64,000 nucleotides of DNA from assembly GCA_963666285.1 (NCBI GenBank), contig OY762711.1. One strand, written 5' to 3'. The DNA comes from Sedimentisphaerales bacterium. Its GTDB lineage: Bacteria; Planctomycetota; Phycisphaerae; Sedimentisphaerales; SM23-30. The notes under the pieces were generated by a model. The model was not told where the DNA came from, ran no database searches, and saw only the letters and a list, made by a program, of their open reading frames with translations. Position 1 is the first letter of the stretch. Each line of letters begins with the position of its first letter. The translations under genes and the position numbers were made by a program. Below are positions 42,612 through 52,367 of this stretch, in pieces.

Positions 42612-44273
42612 ATGCCGTATGCAATAGGATTAGATTTTGGAACAAACTCGGTTCGCAGCCTTATCGTTGACATCAGTAACGGAAACGAAGTAGGTACAAG
42701 TATTTACGAATACGAGACCGGTCAGGCCGGAATAGTACTGGACGCAGCAGATCATAATGTAGCTCGCCAGAACCCAGCTGACTACCTGACAGGCATAGAA
42801 AAGACCATAACCGAAGCAATGGCGCAGGCAAAAAAGACGGTACCAGGTTTTAGTGGTGACGAAGTAATCGGTATCGGGGTTGATACTACCGGTTCAACCC
42901 CAATGCCAGTGGATAAAGATGGTACCCCCCTGAGTGAACTACCAGAATTTAAGGGTAATATTAATGCTATGGCATGGCTGTGGAAAGATCATACCTCCTA
43001 TGAAGAAGCGGCTAAGATAACCGAGATTGCCGCAGCTAACCGTCCGGAATATTTAGCCAAGTGCGGCGGAATCTATTCATCTGAATGGTTCTTCAGTAAG
43101 CTATGGCATTGCCTGAACATAGACCCTAAGGTGTTTGACGCAGCTTATACATGGGTCGAGTATTGCGACTGGATAACAGCGGTTCTTACCGGAAATGACA
43201 AACCCGAAGATATTGTCCGCTGTCGCTGTGCGGCCGGTCACAAAGCGTTTTATAACGACAGTTGGGGCGGCTTGCCAGACAAAGAGTTCCTGGCAATGAT
43301 AGATCCTAAAATGGCAGACCTGCGTGACAGGTTGTTTAATAAGACCGCAATGATAGATGAAGAAGCCGGCAAGCTAACTTCAGACTGGTCAGCAAAGCTA
43401 GGTCTTAAAGCGGGCATACCAGTAGCGGCAGCAGCGTTTGACTGTCATCTGGGTGCAGTTGGTGCCGGAGTGAGTCCAGGAACGATGGTAAAGGTAATCG
43501 GTACCAGTACCTGCGATCTTATGGTTTCAGACTCTCCAGAGCTGGCGGATATCCCAGGTGTATGCGGTATAGTTGACGGTTCTGTGCTGCCCGGAACGTT
43601 TGGAATCGAAGCGGGTCAATCAGCGGTAGGCGATATATTCAACTGGTTTGTCAACTATATCCAGCCTAAAGGTGAAGGTCATGTAGAACTGACGAAAAAA
43701 GCCGATGCGTTGAAGCCCGGCCAGAGCGGTCTGCTGGCGTTGGACTGGAATAACGGAAACCGTACTATCCTGGTTGACCAGAGGCTGACGGGGCTACTGA
43801 TAGGTCAGACACTGCATACCAAGCCTGAAGAAATCTATAGAGCACTGGTCGAAGCAACTGCTTTTGGCGCTTTAACGATAATCAACCGAATTGAAGAATA
43901 CGGAGTCGAGATTAAAGAAGTAGTAAACTGCGGCGGTATTGCCGAGAAGAACCCAATGGTTATGCAGATCTATGCCGATATCTGTAACCGTGAGATGAAG
44001 GTATCTCGTTCGGCCCAGACCTGTGCGTTAGGCTCAGCAATCGCGGCAGCGGTAGTAGCGGGCGGTCATCCGGACTTTGCGACAGCCCAAAAGGCAATGA
44101 CGGGTGTCAAGGAAGTGACATATAAGCCAATTCCAGAGAATGCATCGGTTTACGCGAAGCTGTATAAGCTATACAAGCAGCTGCATGACGGTTTTGGAGT
44201 GGCGGATAACAGTCTGAGTATGGCAAAAGTTATGAAAGAACTGCTGGACATAAAAGAATCCGCAAATAGCTAG
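42612..44273 (+). CDS. araB: L-ribulokinase
   Basis: IGLDFGTNSVR, GVDTTGST, LWKDH, YSSEWF, AAGHK, GTSTC, EAGQSAVGD, LDWNNGNR. Confidence 0.93.
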   Translation: MPYAIGLDFGTNSVRSLIVDISNGNEVGTSIYEYETGQAGIVLDAADHNVARQNPADYLTGIEKTITEAMAQAKKTVPGFSGDEVIGIGVDTTGSTPMPVDKDGTPLSELPEFKGNINAMAWLWKDHTSYEEAAKITEIAAANRPEYLAKCGGIYSSEWFFSKLWHCLNIDPKVFDAAYTWVEYCDWITAVLTGNDKPEDIVRCRCAAGHKAFYNDSWGGLPDKEFLAMIDPKMADLRDRLFNKTAMIDEEAGKLTSDWSAKLGLKAGIPVAAAAFDCHLGAVGAGVSPGTMVKVIGTSTCDLMVSDSPELADIPGVCGIVDGSVLPGTFGIEAGQSAVGDIFNWFVNYIQPKGEGHVELTKKADALKPGQSGLLALDWNNGNRTILVDQRLTGLLIGQTLHTKPEEIYRALVEATAFGALTIINRIEEYGVEIKEVVNCGGIAEKNPMVMQIYADICNREMKVSRSAQTCALGSAIAAAVVAGGHPDFATAQKAMTGVKEVTYKPIPENASVYAKLYKLYKQLHDGFGVADNSLSMAKVMKELLDIKESANS

Positions 44274-44374
44274 TTCTTAGAGTGATGAGTGAAGAGCTTA
44301 GAAATTAGAACAAAAAGTTGTGGTGTTCGTCTGCAGTGGCGGACTCACAACTTGTTTTTTATAAGGATAATACA

Positions 44375-45064
44375 ATGAAGCTGGAACAACTACGAGAAGA
44401 GGTATGTGCGGCTAACCTTGAGCTGGTAACACGTAACCTGATCATCTACAGCTGGGGAAATGTGAGCGGAATCGATCGCGAAAAGGGTTTGGTGGTTATC
44501 AAGCCGAGCGGTATCGATTATGCGGACCTGACACCAGATAAGCTGGTAGTACTGGACCTGGAAGGTAATAAGGTTGAAGGCGAACTGAAGCCATCTTCTG
44601 ATACCCCAACCCACCTTGAGCTGTATCGTCAGTTTGAGGGGATTGGCGGCGTGTGTCATACGCATAGTACCCATGCGACGGTATGGTCGCAGGCATGCCG
44701 GGGAATACCGTGTTTGGGGACGACCCATGCGGACTATTTCTACGGTGAGATACCGGTAACGGACGCAATGAGTAAGGAAGCGATTGAGAGCGACTATGAG
44801 CTAAATACCGGTAAGGTAATCGTCGAGCGGTTCAAAGGTATTGACCCGATGCAGATGCCCGCGGTTCTGGTAGCGAATCATGGGCCGTTTACCTGGGGAG
44901 CTAATGCGGGTAAGTCAGTAGAGTCTGCGGTGGTATTGGAGCAGGTAGCGATGATGGCGATTCGGACGGCTGTTATTAAGCCTGAGCTGCCGCCGATCTC
45001 GCAGGTATTACTTGATAAGCATTATCTACGTAAACATGGGGCTAACGCATACTACGGGCAATAA
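44375..45064 (+). CDS. araD: L-ribulose-5-phosphate 4-epimerase
   Basis: WGNVS, IKPSG, PSSDTPTH, HTHS, GTTHADYF, HYLRKHGANAYYGQ. Confidence 0.95.
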   Translation: MKLEQLREEVCAANLELVTRNLIIYSWGNVSGIDREKGLVVIKPSGIDYADLTPDKLVVLDLEGNKVEGELKPSSDTPTHLELYRQFEGIGGVCHTHSTHATVWSQACRGIPCLGTTHADYFYGEIPVTDAMSKEAIESDYELNTGKVIVERFKGIDPMQMPAVLVANHGPFTWGANAGKSVESAVVLEQVAMMAIRTAVIKPELPPISQVLLDKHYLRKHGANAYYGQ

Positions 45065-45387
45065 GGCAAAGCCTGGAACAGGCCGCGCTATCGCTCGGAA
45101 ATGAGCAAACCATGCTGGTTTGCTGAATGACTTGATAGTAAGTATATGTCAGACTACATAATTTGATTTTTTAATGGAAGGAAAATTGAGTTTGCTATTG
45201 AGTAGAATTATTTTAATGTAATGTTCAGTGCTGGTGCTACCAAAACAGCGAAAAAGCCGAATTTTGGCCTCTTTACGGCGTTAAACGCCGTCGAACGGAG
45301 GCATCGCGGGCAGGCAGCGAAAGGCTGTAAACGGCCACGGACGCTTACGGAGCTAGCGCGGCGAAGAAGTAATTTTGGGGTAAAATG
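45064..45387 (+). repeat. Dispersed non-coding repeat family A, copy 2
   Basis: Reverse complement of 23148-23515, lacking the hairpin insert. Confidence 0.9.
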
Positions 45388-45511
45388 GCTATTTTGCCTG
45401 TTGGGCTTACCAGAAAAAACGGTTGGTAATTAAGTCGCAAATTGGTGGTTGCAGGTAACAGCGGGAAGATTTTTTAAGGCAATAGTGAGATATAAATGAG
45501 AAAGAAAAGTT

Positions 45512-46207
45512 GTATGCCGGCGAACGGAAACTTTAAAAATTATGAATGCTGAATTATGAGAGCGACAAGCTAAGCTGGTGCAGTCAAGTCGGCCAATCCG
45601 GCATGGGGAAGGGCTAGCCACTCGTCCATTACAGCACTGGACGTGCAGTGAGGTAACAAGTTGTGCGAAGCTCCGGGAAAGGAGTTTGTCAGCTACAACG
45701 TAAGTGAAGGTATTGAGCCTCGAAATTATTCCTTATCGCATCCTGGGCAGGGTTTTTATTTGCCTGAAGCCAATAACGATATATGCAAAATACGGCGAGT
45801 ATATATCGGGGAGCCGGGGGCTGAGTTCTTAGCTGGTAAAAGAACTGACTTCATTGGAACATCGGAGAACCAAAATGCTCTGAAAGGAAGCGACCAAGGA
45901 GCTGAAACTGTGACGCGTCCGTATGGCATTTTGGTAGTCGGGCTGACTCATAGTAGAGGAGTAAACAGGGTATTGGCCAGGCACTGAACTGGAAGAAATC
46001 ATGAACGTTCCACAGCGTCTTCTATCGGAGACATCTACAAGGCACATTACTTTGCCTTATGTAGCCGTCAAAGTGAGCATTAATGAAGAGCCGGATGAGG
46101 GAAATCTTCAAGTTCGGTTCTGGGAGGGGCATGCGTTTCCTTGCACTAAATATAATGAATCTCAGAATTTGCTAAATTAATGAAAGGAGGCGACATGCCT
46201 ACTCGAC
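45512..46207 (+). mobile_element. Group II intron with internal deletion of the RT/maturase ORF
   Basis: 5' GTATGCCG; domain I/III-like motifs (gagcctcgaaa, ggcgag, catagtag); domain V gagccggatgagggaaatcttcaagttcggttc; domain VI ending cctactcgac. Confidence 0.85.
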
Positions 46208-46267
46208 AGGATGAGAAGAGTTAGAAGAAAGAAGCGAGAAGGGAGAGTTTAAATTGTGAGTATTAGA

Positions 46268-46475
46268 GGTGCGGTTTATGCTTTGCATCATATGTATGTC
46301 GCACTTTTGACTGTTCAACGTTATACGCAAAGGCCGGAACAGTGCCAACTAAGTGAAAAATTATGATGTTGGACTATAGTCTCACGCTTTGTTTTAAACA
46401 TAAGTGTTGCAGGAAGGCCCTTTTAGGCGATTTACCAAAGGCACTTCGTTATTGCAACTTAAAAACTGCGAAAGT
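46268..46475 (-). repeat. Dispersed repeat family B, longest copy
   Basis: Matches 32579-32757 and 13341-13400. Confidence 0.85.
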
Positions 46476-46774
46476 GAATCTAGTGTTAACCTTTTAATAA
46501 ACTAAATCTGTCATTATTAATGATTTGTAAATCAATCTATAGCGATGATTATCGCAGGTATACAAGTATATTGGTGAGGCGATATCCTTGGTAAGCTTTT
46601 CTATGATAGAAAAAGGAATTAACATTATTTGCCCAGGTTAAGTATTTGTTATATAAATATCGATACTTTTTTCTTAAATTATTTTACTTTCCTGAAAATT
46701 CTCTTCTATAATACTGCAAAATAGAAAGTTAAGTACAAAATATAAACTAAAAGACATAGAAGAGAGGAATTTAA

Positions 46775-48145
46775 ATGAAAATTATTGTAGTCGGAATCAA
46801 TCATGCCGGAACATCAGCAATAAGGACATTATTGGCACAGAGCAGAGACCATGAGATAACTGGTTATGACAGGAACAGTAATATTTCTTTCCTTGGTTGC
46901 GGTATAGCACTGGCTGTAGGTGGAGAGGTAGATAATATTGAAAAGCTGTTTTATTGTAATCCTGTGAAGTTGCAGGAGCAGGGTGCTGTAATCAAGATGA
47001 GTCATGATGTAGTCGAGATAGATTACAAGAAACAGGTAGTGAAAGTAAAGGACCTGGAAAGTGGAAATGTATTTGAGGATGCTTATGATAAGCTGATCTA
47101 TGCAGCCGGTTCGTGGCCGATTGAGATCCCCGGAGTGCCGGAGGAAAACCGTTCGCTGGAGAATATCGAGATATGTAAGCTGTTTCAGCATGCAAAAGAG
47201 TTGATAGCAAAAGGTGATGATCCGGCAATTGAATCCGTTGCAGTTATAGGGGCGGGATATATAGGTATTGAGCTGGCAGAAGCTTATGAGAAGAAGGGCA
47301 AGAAAGTAACGCTTGTCGATTTTGAGAAAAGAGTTTTGCCGAAGTATTTTGATACCGAGTTTACAGATACACTGGAAGCGGATATGAGGGATAATGGTAT
47401 TACGCTCGCACTAGGTGAGAAGGTTGTAGACTTTGAAGGTGAGGGTGGAAAGGTAAAGAAGGTTGTAACGGAAAGAGGGAAGTACGAAGCAGATCTGGTG
47501 ATAGAGTGTATCGGATTTAAGCCTAATTCAGAATTGCTGCCGGATGCGGACAAGACGCCAAACGGCGCATTGATAGTTGATAGTCATATGAAGACGAGTT
47601 TGCCGAATATCTATGCGATAGGTGATTCGTGTGCGATGTATCACGCTGCTTTGGACAGGCCGGTACAGGTGGCGTTGGCAACAAATGCAGTTAAATCCGG
47701 TATTGCAGCGGCGAGTAATATTAACGGTAATGGGGTAGTGGCAGTTAATAGCGTAGCAGGAACAAATGCAATATGTGTATTTGATAATAAGCTTGCCAGT
47801 ACCGGCATAAACGAGGAAACAGCGGCTAAGTATGGAATAGATGCGGCATCAAGTTATGTAGAGGATAACGACAGACCGGAGTTTATGAGCTCGTATAACA
47901 GTACGCGGTTTAAGCTGATATATGAGAAGGATACTTTGAGATTGCTTGGCGCCCAGATTGGGTCATATGGTGACAGCAATCATACCGAGGTTATATATTA
48001 CCTGGCGCTGGCGGTACAGCGGAAGCTGACTCTGATAGACCTTGCCTTTACAGATGTATATTTTCTACCACATTTTAATAAGCCGTTTAACTTTGTGTTG
48101 ACAGCGATAATGCAGGTGCTGGGGCTGGACTATTATAAAAATTAG
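46775..48145 (+). CDS. nox: NADH oxidase (H2O-forming type, FAD-dependent)
   Basis: GINHAG, ISFLGCG redox Cys, GAGYIG, IYAIGD, YFLPHFNKP. Confidence 0.9.
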   Translation: MKIIVVGINHAGTSAIRTLLAQSRDHEITGYDRNSNISFLGCGIALAVGGEVDNIEKLFYCNPVKLQEQGAVIKMSHDVVEIDYKKQVVKVKDLESGNVFEDAYDKLIYAAGSWPIEIPGVPEENRSLENIEICKLFQHAKELIAKGDDPAIESVAVIGAGYIGIELAEAYEKKGKKVTLVDFEKRVLPKYFDTEFTDTLEADMRDNGITLALGEKVVDFEGEGGKVKKVVTERGKYEADLVIECIGFKPNSELLPDADKTPNGALIVDSHMKTSLPNIYAIGDSCAMYHAALDRPVQVALATNAVKSGIAAASNINGNGVVAVNSVAGTNAICVFDNKLASTGINEETAAKYGIDAASSYVEDNDRPEFMSSYNSTRFKLIYEKDTLRLLGAQIGSYGDSNHTEVIYYLALAVQRKLTLIDLAFTDVYFLPHFNKPFNFVLTAIMQVLGLDYYKN

Positions 48146-48330
48146 GCAGCTTCAGGGTGGGCAAGAATGTTATGAGCTATAGTATTTCTAAGCCAGTTTT
48201 TCCGGCTTAGAATATATTTGTACTGAATAGTGTGGGCAGGTTGTGTATCTGCCCATTCATTATTATGCCAGCAAGTGTAAGCTGCTGATTGGTTGTGAGG
48301 GTAGGTGTAAGTGGGGATATTGGCTGGAAA

Positions 48331-49620
48331 TTATTTAGACTGTTTAGCAGCATTCAGAATGATATCGACGCATTTTTCTATGCCGTAATGGCTGGAGTTT
48401 AATGTCAGGTCATAGTTTTTGGATTGGCCCCACTGAGTATGTGAAAAATGTCTACAGTGGTTAGCTCTTTCTGTGTCGATATTGTGGATTTTCTTTTCGG
48501 CTTCCTGGGGCGGCAGTTTGTCGATTTCTACGATACGTTTGATCTTTGTTTTCATGTCGGCGATGATAAACACATGTAATGCATTTTTATGATTTAAAAT
48601 ATGATTTGCCAGCCTTCCAACTATAATGCAGGATTCTTTAGCGGCCAGTTCTTTTATTACATGTGATTCTATATGGAATATTCTTTCTATGATAGGCAGA
48701 TCTTCTTCTTTCGCTGTCGGTGTATACCACATATACAGATCATGCAGGATTGGATTATCAATTTTTTGCTCATTATTTTCTATGGTTTTTTCTGAATAGT
48801 TACTTTCCCGGGCTGCGAGCCTTATCAATTCGGAATCGTAATATGCTATGCCGAGGGCCTTAGCAACCATTTTACCAATCAACCGTCCTCCGCTTCCGTA
48901 TTCTCGAGATATTGTTAATACGAAGTTATTTTCCGGGATTTCAACTGCTGTGTTGTTATTAGAGATGGATTCCGGGAGCAGCAGCAGTGTTAGTGGTTTA
49001 AATTTGTACAGAAAAAACTTAACCATAAACCCGGTAATTATCGCTGCAATGATTGTTCCTTCTCTAACTCCAATCAATTCATGTAGAAATACCAGGCACA
49101 ATATGCCTGCGATAACAGCCATTGTTACATCAGAAATAACTCTGATCTCGCCGAATTTTTTTTTTATTACTTTGGTTATTGCCCTTACGAACGCATCGCC
49201 CGGCAACATTACAACATCAGCTATGACCTGAAGATAGGCCCCGGTTGCAATAATCACGCAACCGATAAGTAAAGATAGTATTTGTATGATGTAAATGTCG
49301 GGACTGAATAATTTGAGGCAATACATGGAAAAGTCGATGAAATAGCCGAATGCGAATGAGATAATCGCTTGGAGGATCAGCTCTATTTTATTGGCATTTT
49401 TTCCCAGTAAAATGATTTGGAAAAAAATAAGCAGCAGGCTGAATATTATTGTCCAGTTGCCCATGGTCAGGCTGGGGATTATCAAAGATAGTGTATAGGG
49501 TATTGCCGAAATTGGTGATGTGCCAAGCAGGGCTTTGGTTATGAATGCCACGCCGAATGCAGTAAGGGAAAGCCCGACGAAAAAAATCAGGTATCGTTTT
49601 GTTATTTCTCTTCTATCCAT
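48331..49620 (-). CDS. YczE/YitT-like membrane protein fused to a cytidylate-kinase-like domain
   Basis: LGTSPIS, GVREGT TM motifs; TISREYGSGG..IIVGRLA..YDLTLNS. Confidence 0.85.
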   Translation of the reverse strand: MDRREITKRYLIFFVGLSLTAFGVAFITKALLGTSPISAIPYTLSLIIPSLTMGNWTIIFSLLLIFFQIILLGKNANKIELILQAIISFAFGYFIDFSMYCLKLFSPDIYIIQILSLLIGCVIIATGAYLQVIADVVMLPGDAFVRAITKVIKKKFGEIRVISDVTMAVIAGILCLVFLHELIGVREGTIIAAIITGFMVKFFLYKFKPLTLLLLPESISNNNTAVEIPENNFVLTISREYGSGGRLIGKMVAKALGIAYYDSELIRLAARESNYSEKTIENNEQKIDNPILHDLYMWYTPTAKEEDLPIIERIFHIESHVIKELAAKESCIIVGRLANHILNHKNALHVFIIADMKTKIKRIVEIDKLPPQEAEKKIHNIDTERANHCRHFSHTQWGQSKNYDLTLNSSHYGIEKCVDIILNAAKQSK

Positions 49621-49709
49621 GTTTTTTTGCAGTGGTTTTGTTAAGGTAGGTTATTTAGCGTTTGTTTTGAGTGGTGCTGCGATCTCAAGGGTTGCTATGG
49701 TTGTGTGGA

Positions 49710-50123
49710 TTATCGGCTTATTTTGTCCAGTAAGTCTGATAAAGCAGCTTTTTCCTTTTTTGTCAGCTTTTTCAGCATAACCTGGCTTACATTTGTGCCG
49801 CAGGTTTCTAAAATTGTATATTTTTTGTGCCCTTTAGGAGATAAATGTATATGCTTTGAACGCGCATCATCCTCGTATACCTCGACCTCTAGCAGTTGTT
49901 TCTTTTTCATTCTTTCAACGATATTTCTTGCTGCCTGATGGCTGATTTCCAGGTGATTTTTAAGATCCTGTATTCGGACGCCATGGTTTCTCTTAAAAAA
50001 CAATATGGTTTCGGACTGGTTAGAGGTGAGATCCAGTTTGCGTAAATCTTTATTTCGTGTGTTTATTAGTTTGTTGCCGATTTTAAGGATTTTGCGGCCT
50101 ATACTAAATTCGTCACTAGGCAT
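49710..50123 (-). CDS. MarR-family transcriptional regulator
   Basis: DLTSNQ..HTH..DAR..LSPKG; ggaga RBS before the ATG at 50123. Confidence 0.9.
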   Translation of the reverse strand: MPSDEFSIGRKILKIGNKLINTRNKDLRKLDLTSNQSETILFFKRNHGVRIQDLKNHLEISHQAARNIVERMKKKQLLEVEVYEDDARSKHIHLSPKGHKKYTILETCGTNVSQVMLKKLTKKEKAALSDLLDKISR

Positions 50124-50138
50124 TATTTCTTTTCTCCA

Positions 50139-50185
50139 AATATACAACAGGTTGTATATTGTAGCAAAAATTTACATAATGTCAA
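50139..50185 (-). promoter_or_regulatory. marR-gene promoter with a perfect 10-bp-arm palindromic operator
   Basis: aatatacaac-ag-gttgtatatt (50139-50160) overlaps -10 TACAAT; -35 TTGACA at 50185-50180. Confidence 0.75.
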
Positions 50186-50241
50186 TAAGCTGCTTTGTGT
50201 TATTATATTTGCTCTTAAGGTATTACCATCAATAACTTCTG

Positions 50242-50610
50242 CTATATTTCGTTGTATTTTTTGTTGCAGCCTTTGGCTTTATCGACCGGGTAGCGAGATT
50301 CGTTGAGTTTGAGCTTGTCGTTGATAGCTTTGGTTATGTCTATGTCGGCGGCGTGGGCGAATTCGAACAGCAGCATAGCAATATCAGCGACTTCGCTGGT
50401 GATCTCATTGCGTTTATCTGGATCGTTCATAGTTTCGTTTGACTCCTGGTCGGTATGCCAGCGGAAGTGAGCCATTAGTTCGCCGGTTTCGGAACCGACT
50501 GCCATGGCAAGATTTTTGAGGCTGTGGAATTGCCTCCAGTCGCGGGCATCGACGAAGGCCATTATTGTTTTTTGGATATCCGATATTGTAGTGGTGTTGT
50601 CGTTGGTCAT
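50242..50610 (-). CDS. MazG-like nucleotide pyrophosphohydrolase
   Basis: RDWRQFH, KNLAMA..ETGEL, EVAD, KLKLNESRYP. Confidence 0.9.
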   Translation of the reverse strand: MTNDNTTTISDIQKTIMAFVDARDWRQFHSLKNLAMAVGSETGELMAHFRWHTDQESNETMNDPDKRNEITSEVADIAMLLFEFAHAADIDITKAINDKLKLNESRYPVDKAKGCNKKYNEI

Positions 50611-50639
50611 GGTTTTTATAATAATAGGTTTGTTGATTG

Positions 50640-52367
50640 CTATATTAGTATGGCTTTTCGCCATTTGCGGACGGAGTTAATGAGGAATATGTTATGTGTA
50701 GATTTAAGTTCATCAATGGTAATAACTTTTTCTGTAATTTCGCCGGATTCGAGTAGGTATCTGCGGAATGTGCCGGCGAGCAGTCCGGATGATACCGGCG
50801 GGGTGTATTTTGTGCCATTAATTTCAACTACGATATTTGAAATTGTCGATTCTGTAATTTCGCCATCCTGGTTGTAAAGGATAACATCATCGGCATCGGG
50901 GCAGCTTTGTGCGGCTTTATTATATACATCACGGTTAGTAGTTTTATGGTATAAGAAAACGTTGTTTTTGTCAATTGGTTCGGTGGCAAGTGCAATTTTA
51001 GCTGGGACAGAATTTGAGTTCAGTTCAATATTGAAAGACTGTATTTCAAAGGTATTGTCCTTATCGAGCAGCAGGCGGATACGCATAGGGGTATTAAAGG
51101 ATTGGGCGTAGCGGTTTAGTTCTGCGTTAATGATAGCAGCAGGGAAATCATAGCCGAAATATTCCGCGGACTGCTGCATGCGTAACAGGTGTTTATCGAG
51201 CAGAAAAAAGCCGTCATTTGGGGTATAAAGCATTGTTTCGAGTATCTGGAAGGGTTTGGCTGTAGGCTGGTTGAGCAGCATGGCCTTGAGGCATGCCTCG
51301 TCGAATTCGGCATGAGCGCATGAGTCCCAGACAATGCCGCCGCCGCTGCCGTATTCTACGGAAGAATTCAGTTTGTCGATGACAGCGGTTCGGATGGCGA
51401 CATTAAAGGAACAGTCTCCATTTGGCAGCATATAGCCGATAGAGCCGCAATATAAATTACGAGGAGTGGTTTCTCGCTGAGTAATGATTTTCATAGCAGC
51501 TCTTTTGGGGGCACCTGTGATTGAGGCGCAGGGGAAAAGGGCTGAAAAGATGTCGAGCAGGCTGTCTTCGGTGAAACATTGAACAGTGGAGGTCATTTGC
51601 CAAAGAGTAGGGTATCGTTCTGTAGTGAACATATCTGTTACGCTCACGCTTCCGGTTTTAGCGATTTTCCCCATATCGTTACGTATCATATCAACAATCA
51701 TAATATTTTCGGCACGAGATTTTTCGTCGGATGAGAGGTGTCTGGCGGCAGCTATGTCGGAATGATAGTCCAAACCTCGCGGATGGGTTCCTTTCATCGG
51801 TCGTGAGCAGAGTATTTCTCCTTTTCGGCTGAAAAACAGCTCTGGTGATGCAGAGCAAACGGCCAGATCATTGGTTTCGATATAAGCGGCATGTTTCGTC
51901 GGCTGGCTGGTTGTCAGCTTGTAGAAAAGGCTGTAGCAATTGCCTGAGTATCTGGCTTTGAGGCGGAAGGTGTGATTGACCTGGTAGGTATCGCCGTCTT
52001 CCAGGCGGTTTCGGATATAGCTGATATCTTCCAGATAGCGATCTTTGCTTATAGATGGCAGCCAGTCGATTTGTGGGGCTGGTGCTTCAGGTTGTTCTAA
52101 TGTATCCAGTTCTCGGGGAGCGTTAAAAATGCCAAAGAGGCAATAAGGGAATTCGTTATTACTTATAACTTCCAGGGCGGAATCAAATGCCGGGGCGGAA
52201 TCGTAACTGATATATCCGATAAGGTATTTTTCATGTTTTTTTGCATAATTTTCAGCATTTTGAATGGTTGTGCGGGTGTCTTTGAGTGCGTTAGCTCTGA
52301 AAGTTTTTACAGGCTGATCAAAATTCAGCCATGATTTTGTGTTAGAATTGTATATTATTGCCTTCAA
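50640..52367 (-). CDS. pabB: Aminodeoxychorismate synthase component I fused to class-IV aminotransferase/ADC lyase
   Basis: SASPELF, PMKGT, AENIMIVD..RND, SITGAPK, NVAIRT; C-terminal HKTTNR, GEITE, GLLAGTFR. Confidence 0.9.
   Translation of the reverse strand: MKAIIYNSNTKSWLNFDQPVKTFRANALKDTRTTIQNAENYAKKHEKYLIGYISYDSAPAFDSALEVISNNEFPYCLFGIFNAPRELDTLEQPEAPAPQIDWLPSISKDRYLEDISYIRNRLEDGDTYQVNHTFRLKARYSGNCYSLFYKLTTSQPTKHAAYIETNDLAVCSASPELFFSRKGEILCSRPMKGTHPRGLDYHSDIAAARHLSSDEKSRAENIMIVDMIRNDMGKIAKTGSVSVTDMFTTERYPTLWQMTSTVQCFTEDSLLDIFSALFPCASITGAPKRAAMKIITQRETTPRNLYCGSIGYMLPNGDCSFNVAIRTAVIDKLNSSVEYGSGGGIVWDSCAHAEFDEACLKAMLLNQPTAKPFQILETMLYTPNDGFFLLDKHLLRMQQSAEYFGYDFPAAIINAELNRYAQSFNTPMRIRLLLDKDNTFEIQSFNIELNSNSVPAKIALATEPIDKNNVFLYHKTTNRDVYNKAAQSCPDADDVILYNQDGEITESTISNIVVEINGTKYTPPVSSGLLAGTFRRYLLESGEITEKVITIDELKSTHNIFLINSVRKWRKAILI

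Noticed and set aside
45661..46047. ORFs 45661-45987 (+) and 45829-46047 (-)
   Set aside because: They lie within the structured intron RNA and have no RT or other recognisable motifs
46290..46335. gttatacgc as an integron attC core site
   Set aside because: No matching inverse core at a suitable distance, no cassette array and no integrase; kept only as part of repeat B
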